Virus record (IMG/VR): IMGVR_UViG_3300032173_000003
Span: 23,021 to 87,020 of that record
Direction: 5' to 3' (one strand)
Length of the DNA stretch: 64,000 nt
From: a virus
Part shown: positions 57,391 through 64,000 of the stretch, one piece after another
How positions within the stretch are numbered: position 1 is the first letter of the stretch
Layout: every line of letters begins with the position of its first letter
Program-made: the position numbers and the translations under genes
The notes under the pieces: model-generated
Told to the model about the DNA's origin: nothing
The model's input: only the letters and a program-made list of their open reading frames with translations
Database searches by the model: none

Positions 57391-58581
57391 TTAATCAGTA
57401 TAAATGATTGCCTCGCAAAGTTCATTAATGATGGAGCGGTCAATGTTCCCTGGCAAAACACACTCATTTTTAATAACGTGCTCTGACAGCTCAAACAACT
57501 GGTTAACCATTTGGTTTAGCTCACCGTAGGAAACCCTGCCATACTTAATGTCCAGGAGCAGCTGATGGTCCCCAGCCCTTTTCCGGTTGACAATGATTTC
57601 CCCGGTACGCAATCCTTCAATAGCCATATTCATCAACCTAACGCAATGGCTGGCATTTTTACCATCGTACCCGCAGACCCTCTCAATTTCCGAACGTTTG
57701 ACGTTACGATTCGTTAGCCAATCCTGGTAGTTGCTCCAACGTTTGCAATCAGAGCGGTACTGCTGGCTAGCCCTAAGCAACGCCATGTAATCGTCGTTAG
57801 CCCTGGTCATTTCCTGGGACAAGTCAAAGCATTCATCCGGGAGGATGCTTTGCTTAAGGACTCCTTTCCAATCAACCCTGTCATTCAGAAGCTCATACAA
57901 ATCCTTGGCCACCTGGTAATACTCAATTCTGTCTTTAATCAGCAGATACAAGTATTCAATAAAGGCTTCGATCTGGGTGCTTGCAAGGTTACTGGATGGA
58001 ACCCCATAGTCCTCCCACTCAGGTTTTTTCATAGGGGGGTCAAGCAACCACTTCCTGTGAGTCTCCATCTTTTTGATTTGAGCCCGTGCATACTGCACAA
58101 AGGTTCCCGCAATCTTCTTTGAAATCAGCCTGTGTTTGTTTTCAACTAGGATTTTTCCAAAGTCATTGATGTAGATGTAATCTTGAGGCTCTTGCCACAG
58201 CATTTCCAGAATGTTTGGGTTTTGTGACTGTAGCAACCTTAGGTAACGCCTAACTTCGTAAACAGCCGTATCTGAACCATCAAGTTCTGGGAACTTTGAC
58301 TTAGGGGAGGGCTCAGCGTCCCAACCCTTATCCTTCTGCTCAAACTCTTCTAGGGAGACGTAGAACCTTAGTGGGGCAATACAAATCCCTTTATAGTCCC
58401 TGTCAGACATTTCCGTGTTAAGACCATAAGCATGGGACCCTGACGTACAGAACAGGATCATGCCGTCTTCAATTTCTTTCCTAGTGATTGACATTTTTCT
58501 CTGTGTCAGGATACATTGGGCCAAGTATAGATAACCGGGGGCACAGCCCCAAAGAACCCTTGCAGCCAGGGGCACAGCCAC
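57391..58581 (-). CDS. Pol-beta superfamily nucleotidyltransferase (RlaP/YcgL-like); likely start MSIT near 58494
   Basis: SGSHAYGLNTEMSDRDYKGI, NPNILEML, GYDGKNASHCVRL. Confidence 0.85.
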   Translation of the reverse strand: MAVPLAARVLWGCAPGYLYLAQCILTQRKMSITRKEIEDGMILFCTSGSHAYGLNTEMSDRDYKGICIAPLRFYVSLEEFEQKDKGWDAEPSPKSKFPELDGSDTAVYEVRRYLRLLQSQNPNILEMLWQEPQDYIYINDFGKILVENKHRLISKKIAGTFVQYARAQIKKMETHRKWLLDPPMKKPEWEDYGVPSSNLASTQIEAFIEYLYLLIKDRIEYYQVAKDLYELLNDRVDWKGVLKQSILPDECFDLSQEMTRANDDYMALLRASQQYRSDCKRWSNYQDWLTNRNVKRSEIERVCGYDGKNASHCVRLMNMAIEGLRTGEIIVNRKRAGDHQLLLDIKYGRVSYGELNQMVNQLFELSEHVIKNECVLPGNIDRSIINELCEAIIYTD

Positions 58582-58856
58582 ACTGGCATATCTGTGAGAC
58601 GGTCTTTGTAGTTGGTGCCAGAGTCATTTGTGGATATGAACTCCAAAGCTGTGATTGCTTCAGGGAACGGCTCAGTGTCAAGGGTGAAGGTCATTTGGTC
58701 TCCAACCTTAGGCTGATTACCCGTAGCGAGATAATAATAGTAGTCGATTGCAGCTTCGGTCCCATTCATTAGGGCCTCACCCACGGTATCCCCGTGGGCA
58801 TGGTCAAAGGCCCAGATTCCCTGGGTTGTCTTGTACGGATTGACAATAAGTCTCAT
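58506..58856 (-). CDS. DUF6717-like protein
   Basis: NPYK..GIWAFD..EAL..G; VWLCPWL..FFG..P..IY. Confidence 0.7.
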   Translation of the reverse strand: MRLIVNPYKTTQGIWAFDHAHGDTVGEALMNGTEAAIDYYYYLATGNQPKVGDQMTFTLDTEPFPEAITALEFISTNDSGTNYKDRLTDMPVWLCPWLQGFFGAVPPVIYTWPNVS

Positions 58857-58883
58857 TTTTCTGTAGTGAAAGATCCGTGGGAA

Positions 58884-59594
58884 TTAATACCCGGCCAGGG
58901 CCAAGTTGCGACCACCCGCAGCTTGCTTATTTAGCGAAACACTGGAGCCAGAGCTGTAACCAGCCTTGGCACCGTCGCCTTTGCAATAGGAGGTTCCACC
59001 TTTACTAAACTTGCGTTCAGCGACAGCAAGCGCAGTTGCATCTGCGTCGTCGTGTTTCCGGTTGTCTACTTCTTTCATTTCACCCAAACGTCGGGAAACC
59101 CTTGAGGAGAAAGCTTTGCGGAAATTTGCCTTAAATCCCTTCGACAGGGTACCACCAGTTAGTTCAGCAAGGATTTTCTCAGCTTTGTGGGCTTTGTCGC
59201 ACTCTTTCTCCATGACTCCCAGCAGGAAATCGTAATAGAGTCGGGTCTGAATTTGCTGCCCTTCCGACCCAATGACAACGAGAGATTTCTTCCCGTTACG
59301 GACAGACTTGGAATAAGCCACAGCGTCGTAAAAGATGGCCACAGCATTCAGCAAAATGCCCGCTGCCACGCTGATTTTACCGCCTTCGAAAAAGACTTCA
59401 TCCGTCACCCTAACCTCAGTAGCTTCAGTGACAGTGACTCCGTATTGCTTGCAAAGACGGTCAATAAGGTTGGCGGCAGCGGCAGCTTCACCGTCAAAGT
59501 CAGTATTCTCTTGGAGAGCCAGCATTGCCTTGATTTTGGCGAGGGCTTGAGTGCGGTCCATGGTAGTTCGTCGCTTACTTCTTAATGGTAGCAC
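58884..59594 (-). CDS. DUF2786-like protein
   Basis: KIKAMLAL...EAAAA..L...Y N-terminus. Confidence 0.7.
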   Translation of the reverse strand: MLPLRSKRRTTMDRTQALAKIKAMLALQENTDFDGEAAAAANLIDRLCKQYGVTVTEATEVRVTDEVFFEGGKISVAAGILLNAVAIFYDAVAYSKSVRNGKKSLVVIGSEGQQIQTRLYYDFLLGVMEKECDKAHKAEKILAELTGGTLSKGFKANFRKAFSSRVSRRLGEMKEVDNRKHDDADATALAVAERKFSKGGTSYCKGDGAKAGYSSGSSVSLNKQAAGGRNLALAGY

Positions 59595-59632
59595 GGGGGG
59601 TCAGGTGCTGTCAACCTTTTGTAGAGCAAAAG

Positions 59633-59821
59633 TCAGTAAGGCCCCGGAAAGCATTGCTGCCAGTGAGCCAATACTGTGGCCGCTTCCTGTTTGGTAAGCT
59701 CTGGATACTCTCGCACCAGGTAAGGGCGGGCACCAAACATGTTGGTTTCTCCGCTCTCTCGCAAATCGTCCAGGTATTCCAAGTATTCAATTTTGATGAA
59801 ATCGGGCGCTTCAGTTTTCAT
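59633..59821 (-). CDS. conserved phage hypothetical protein
   Basis: YLDDLRESGETNMFGARPYL; paralog at 59811..60056. Confidence 0.7.
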   Translation of the reverse strand: MKTEAPDFIKIEYLEYLDDLRESGETNMFGARPYLVREYPELTKQEAATVLAHWQQCFPGPY

Positions 59822-60007
59822 GTGCTTTCTCTAAGTATTTGTAAGGGTTTTCAATGAGCCATATGCGGAAGATGGCATCCGCCTGTTTCGGGGAGAGATT
59901 CGGGAATCTTCTAGTTAGGGAGGACTCTATGTTAAAAATGTTTACTTTTTTGTTATCCCTTAGGAAAGTCAAGTAGTTCAAGTGAACTTCTATTACGGGC
60001 ATTGCGG

Positions 60008-60862
60008 TCATAGGGACAAGAACCAATCCAATGATAACTTGTCCGGGGGCACCCATTCGGACACCACTGTTCGGATAACCGGCTCAGTCGGTTTGTATGC
60101 CTCGGGGATTTTCTCCAGGGATGGATCATCCGGCTGAATAAGGACTCTTTGCCTACGGACATAGGTTCCGTGAGTGAAGAACCTGGGCAGCTCCTCCCAA
60201 GGATTACCCGAGTTGCGGAGCAAATCCTTCATCTCATTGCAAGTTTCCCCTTGGAGGAACTTATGTGAAAAATGATGGTAGGCATACATAGACACAGAGT
60301 TCTTAGTAGCATCATTCAACCGCCACAGGAAGTTCTTGTAAACATGCTCAAGGTCTGGCACGTTCCATACTCGGCAATCAAACACCGGGTATTGTCCGAC
60401 TTTTTCCGGCAGATACCTTGGGAGGTTGCCGGCAAAGAAGGAGGATGCCGTGGCTGCCAACACTGAAGTCAATTTCTGAAACTTGCCACCGAACCAATAC
60501 TCCCTATTTGAATACTGCTCCTTGTCCAGGTGCCAGTATAAAGATATTTCGTCAGATTGGCAAAACCCGAGCAAAGCCTCACTCTCTTCAACAAGGTGCT
60601 TAGTTGTAGCAACCATCAGGCGAACAAAACGTTCGTCAAATGGGCGCTCCAACCCCTTAGTGAATTTGGAAAAGCACTTGCCGTCAATGCGAGCCATCAA
60701 CGGGAGGTAAGGATTTGCCTTACGTCCTGCCTCTGCCTGCTCTTGAACCTTGAGTAAATCCCCAAGGGTATCCTTATAGTTTGATTCAGTCATTTGAAGT
60801 CTTTCCATTGCGGTGTCTGCCCACAGTTTTGTTTTTCCAACGGGTAGCGGGCAACCACACAA
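60008..60862 (-). CDS. thg1: tRNA(His) guanylyltransferase Thg1-like (3'-5' polymerase); likely start near 60793
   Basis: ARIDGKCFSKFT, QSDEISL, GGKFQKL, FDCR, WRLNDATKNS. Confidence 0.9.
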   Translation of the reverse strand: MCGCPLPVGKTKLWADTAMERLQMTESNYKDTLGDLLKVQEQAEAGRKANPYLPLMARIDGKCFSKFTKGLERPFDERFVRLMVATTKHLVEESEALLGFCQSDEISLYWHLDKEQYSNREYWFGGKFQKLTSVLAATASSFFAGNLPRYLPEKVGQYPVFDCRVWNVPDLEHVYKNFLWRLNDATKNSVSMYAYHHFSHKFLQGETCNEMKDLLRNSGNPWEELPRFFTHGTYVRRQRVLIQPDDPSLEKIPEAYKPTEPVIRTVVSEWVPPDKLSLDWFLSL

Positions 60863-61038
60863 TTCTGGTGCGCTTCCAAAGAGTTTAGATAGAGGTCGGA
60901 CTTAATTTGAAGAATGTCCCGCTCTTTGCAGTCACTTTGGTTTTTGTATGGGCACGGTTGAGGATTAGGTTTAGGTTCCTCGTGGCTGCACCCTGTTAAA
61001 ATAATAAGGGGCAACACAATCAATAGCAGATACATCAA

Positions 61039-62406
61039 TCAATCCTCAATAACGTGTAAAGTTTTGGCAGCTCTCGTCATACCCACGTAGGCCAGCTGAT
61101 TCTGGATATGTAAAGGATAAGCATCATCAATGTCCCTATGCAGGAACACATTTTGAAAGGTTGAACCTTGACTCTTGTGAATAGTTAGAGCCGATGCAGG
61201 TTCCAGTTTGCCAACCAAGTCCTTTCGCTTAAAGAAGGCTCCCCACTTACTTTTCCGACTCCCGATGTCTCTGGCTGCTTTTGCTTCCGCAGCCATCTCA
61301 TTTAGCTTGAAGAACCAACGTTTTTCTTCACTTTTGTCTAAAACCCTTATGTCAACAACAGAGTCTTTGTTTGTAACAGGGGCGGCCTTAAGCAGCCAGG
61401 TATCCCAGAGAGAATCATCCAGGGAATCACCCGGAAACTTCATCTGCTCAGGGGTCGCACCCAAAATGTAAACATCCTCCGTACTGTTAAACAAAGGGGT
61501 TTTACCGTAAGGGTCAGGGATAGAGTCCACAGTTACGCAAATCATCCCTGGAACGAACGTAGGGGCTTCTTCCCCGTATCTTTCCTCATGGATCATCTTA
61601 TTCAGCCTGCTAACGTCGGCATTGGTCCAGGCCAAAGCCCTACAGAAATCTGGATCTCCCATAGCTTCCTTGGACTTCATCACTTCCAGCAGATGCCTCA
61701 GCCATTTGGTATAGGTTGGGTGAGCAATCACACTTGACCCCCCACCGTCCGAACTGGCGAAAGGTGCCCTCCCCTTCCCTAGCTCCCTGGTGTTAGTGGC
61801 AAGATTCAAGATAGCCCCATCGTGACGTAATACCTCAGTGAGCTTATAGGTAGACGTTGCCTCAGTGAATGCTTTGCAAGCACCGTCTTCCTTCACAGGG
61901 AACAATTGCCTGTCGTCTCCCACGAAGATTACGGGTCTGTCCCCCGCTTCCTCTTTCAGCATTGCGTAAAGCTCGGAGTTAATCATTGACGATTCATCAA
62001 TGATGACTACGTCCGGTCTTTTGTTTTTACTTTTACTAGAAGGGTTAAGCAGATTGCCCGCTTTGGTGTCCGGGGCAAAGGATTCCTTACCATCATCTTC
62101 GCTACGCACTTGCTTAAGGCCCAGCAAACGATGGATCGTAACGACTTCAAAGCCATTGGCACCATTCCTCAGCAAAGCCCTTTCTACTTGAAAGCGGGCT
62201 TTATGCGTCGGGGTTGCTACGATGACTTTTAACTTTTGGTTAGAGAGGCGGGACACCAGGGCTGCTGTGGTTACGGTTTTGCCCGTGCCTGCATAACCGC
62301 ACAGCATAGGTCTTGCCGCTTTCTTCTTAATGTCTAAGAGGATGCCTGCAACAGCTTTTTCTTGATCGTTTGTCAGTTTCATTTGCTTATCGTAAAGTGG
62401 CACCAA
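61039..62406 (-). CDS. Dda/RecD-like SF1B helicase
   Basis: GYAGTGKT, ATPTHKA, IDESSM, VGDDRQL, TIHKSQGSTF, YVGMTRA. Confidence 0.9.
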   Translation of the reverse strand: MVPLYDKQMKLTNDQEKAVAGILLDIKKKAARPMLCGYAGTGKTVTTAALVSRLSNQKLKVIVATPTHKARFQVERALLRNGANGFEVVTIHRLLGLKQVRSEDDGKESFAPDTKAGNLLNPSSKSKNKRPDVVIIDESSMINSELYAMLKEEAGDRPVIFVGDDRQLFPVKEDGACKAFTEATSTYKLTEVLRHDGAILNLATNTRELGKGRAPFASSDGGGSSVIAHPTYTKWLRHLLEVMKSKEAMGDPDFCRALAWTNADVSRLNKMIHEERYGEEAPTFVPGMICVTVDSIPDPYGKTPLFNSTEDVYILGATPEQMKFPGDSLDDSLWDTWLLKAAPVTNKDSVVDIRVLDKSEEKRWFFKLNEMAAEAKAARDIGSRKSKWGAFFKRKDLVGKLEPASALTIHKSQGSTFQNVFLHRDIDDAYPLHIQNQLAYVGMTRAAKTLHVIED

Positions 62407-62788
62407 AGGAAGTCCGGAAGGTATCCCATGCCACTGGTTGAGTCACTTTGAAGTGATGGTAGATTTGCTTAATAGCAAATTCCATACGTTCCCGCCCCAC
62501 AGGATTAGCAGAATGGACTGTCATCACTGGTGGGATGAAGGGATTGTAAAAGTCAAATGCTAGCTCAAACACCCTTTGTTCCACATAAAGACAAACATCG
62601 TAGCCGGTGCCAGCTGCGTCCGGTCCCAGATCATGGTCCAGGGACAAGTGCGTTACTTTGCCGGTTTCCAGCATCGCAATAGCTTCGGGGGCTGTGTATG
62701 CCCGTACCCAGCCTTCAGGGGTGGGCCGCTCATCATCAAGGAAGAGTTTCATTGCCCAAACTTTTGGGCATAAGAGCGAATAATCCAT
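62387..62788 (-). CDS. cyclic-phosphate-processing receiver-like domain protein
   Basis: LFLDDERP..GW, LSLDHDLG, TGYDV, VHSANPVG. Confidence 0.8.
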   Translation of the reverse strand: MDYSLLCPKVWAMKLFLDDERPTPEGWVRAYTAPEAIAMLETGKVTHLSLDHDLGPDAAGTGYDVCLYVEQRVFELAFDFYNPFIPPVMTVHSANPVGRERMEFAIKQIYHHFKVTQPVAWDTFRTSFGATLR

Positions 62789-63039
62789 TCCTGGATTTGA
62801 ATAATGTCGGCTTCGCAGAGAATACCGCCATCATAGATTTGCTCCCAGTATCCCCGCCCCTGGGCAGTATCCTCCCACTCAAAGGCTCCTTCGAGGTCTA
62901 CAGCCTTGCGGCTTTCCAAATACCGGAGGGCGCATTCACGGTCGAACCCACTGGGGACACTCTCTTCCTGTCGTTTCAACATCTCAATTTCTTTTTGCAG
63001 CTCTTTGACTTGAAGTTCTAGCTCTTGGGATTTTTTCAC
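62749..63039 (-). CDS. hypothetical protein
   Basis: AFEWEDTAQGRGYW motif. Confidence 0.6.
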   Translation of the reverse strand: MKKSQELELQVKELQKEIEMLKRQEESVPSGFDRECALRYLESRKAVDLEGAFEWEDTAQGRGYWEQIYDGGILCEADIIQIQEWIIRSYAQKFGQ

Positions 63040-63466
63040 GGTGGTAATCAGTTGATGTAATAGTGGGAAACTTCCATAGTTTCACAGGATCTGAAGGTTT
63101 CGTTCAGGTACTCGATTGCCTCTTCTTCAGAGCCAAACTCTTGGGGTAACGGAATCCAGTTGTTGGGGACGGGTTTTCCGTTAATGTGCATCATACTTTC
63201 TGTAGGGTAGCCTGGAAAAAGTGCTTTCAGAGTTAGCTGACTTGAAACAAACTGTTCAATTACCCAGTGGACAGTACCATCATACCACACCCTACGAGCG
63301 AGACGATAGTCCTTGTTTTTGGGTTTGGGCATTTCTTCCTCTTCTGTCTCCTGAGGGAACGATACGGGTACCCTCAGCAAAGCTGCTACGAGTTGGACTA
63401 TGAACTTCCTAGTCATTTGCTCTCGGTAGGGTAACTTTTCATGGTTGCGGGAGAGGCTGACGCCCC

Positions 63467-63853
63467 TCAATAAGGTTGGCGGTATAAGTAGTTGCCAGCC
63501 CAAGCCAAGGGCTTACCGGCAGCCTCGTAGCAGGCTTCAGGGCTCTCCAGGAGGTTGTATCGGGCGCCCTTTGCTGGAGCTTGCCAGGTGGCTGCCTTGT
63601 AGACTTGGCCCGTGATTTTATCTACAAAGGCATGGACAGACCGGTCGTTGCCAGTAGAAGATTGTACGATCTTCAGGTACTTCTTACCGGCACTGATGGT
63701 GTACTTAGGGGGGAACTTGCTGTCAGGGCTCCAACGGATGTAACCAGCTTCCAGAACTTCGCAGAGTTTCAGAGTGGCGTCAGCGACGGTGGTAAGGGTG
63801 TCGGTCATTGTAGTAGTCATGGCAAGCTCCCAGCGATGAATCAATGATAGCAT
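63467..63853 (-). CDS. conserved large-phage hypothetical protein
   Basis: GKKYLKI..SVHAFVDK.TG.VYKAATW.APAK.ARYNL. Confidence 0.75.
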   Translation of the reverse strand: MLSLIHRWELAMTTTMTDTLTTVADATLKLCEVLEAGYIRWSPDSKFPPKYTISAGKKYLKIVQSSTGNDRSVHAFVDKITGQVYKAATWQAPAKGARYNLLESPEACYEAAGKPLAWAGNYLYRQPY

Positions 63854-64000
63854 GGAAAAGGAGGGGCCGCAACCCCCCCCCCCGGTTCACTGAGCCATAG
63901 TGGCATCTAGGCGCAGTCCGTCCCTGAACATCGCTTCCTGGGTGTGACTAGGGAGTTCTCCCAGCAGGCGCATACTGTGCAAGGTGTTCGCACGGAACAT

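Noticed and set aside
25-63847. Numerous plus-strand ORFs and ORFs overlapping tRNA genes
   Set aside because: They are antisense shadows of minus-strand genes or RNAs and show no recognisable motifs.

Overview
Window from a large cyanophage-like genome; the host is probably a picocyanobacterium (Synechococcus/Cyanobium-like), judged from PstS, a Som-type porin, a TIGR03792-like protein and a cyanobacterial-style tmRNA tag. Essentially all real genes lie on the minus strand, many as small cassettes with their own sigma70-like promoters. It holds about 30 tRNA genes covering all 20 amino acids (Thr only as an interrupted gene), a permuted two-piece tmRNA, many aberrant tRNA-like RNAs, and a large RNA end-healing/sealing toolkit: two RNA ligases, Pnk-like kinase and phosphatase, two metallophosphoesterases, Thg1, a nucleotidyltransferase, a cyclic-phosphate receiver-like protein and a Pth2-like protein. 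It also has homing endonucleases (some decayed), proteases, helicases and a SET-domain gene. The standout is a DUF2828 (Ro60/TROVE-like plus vWA) gene next to a promoter-driven array of six small RNAs that share a 7-9 bp stem followed by CAGC(A/T/C)A. That module is free-standing, closes tRNA-like arms, or is grafted in permuted form into tRNA anticodon arms, and it recurs in the DUF2828 5' leader and the main tRNA cluster. This is a candidate new Y-RNA-like ribonucleoprotein system. All family assignments are by eye from motifs, not from database searches.
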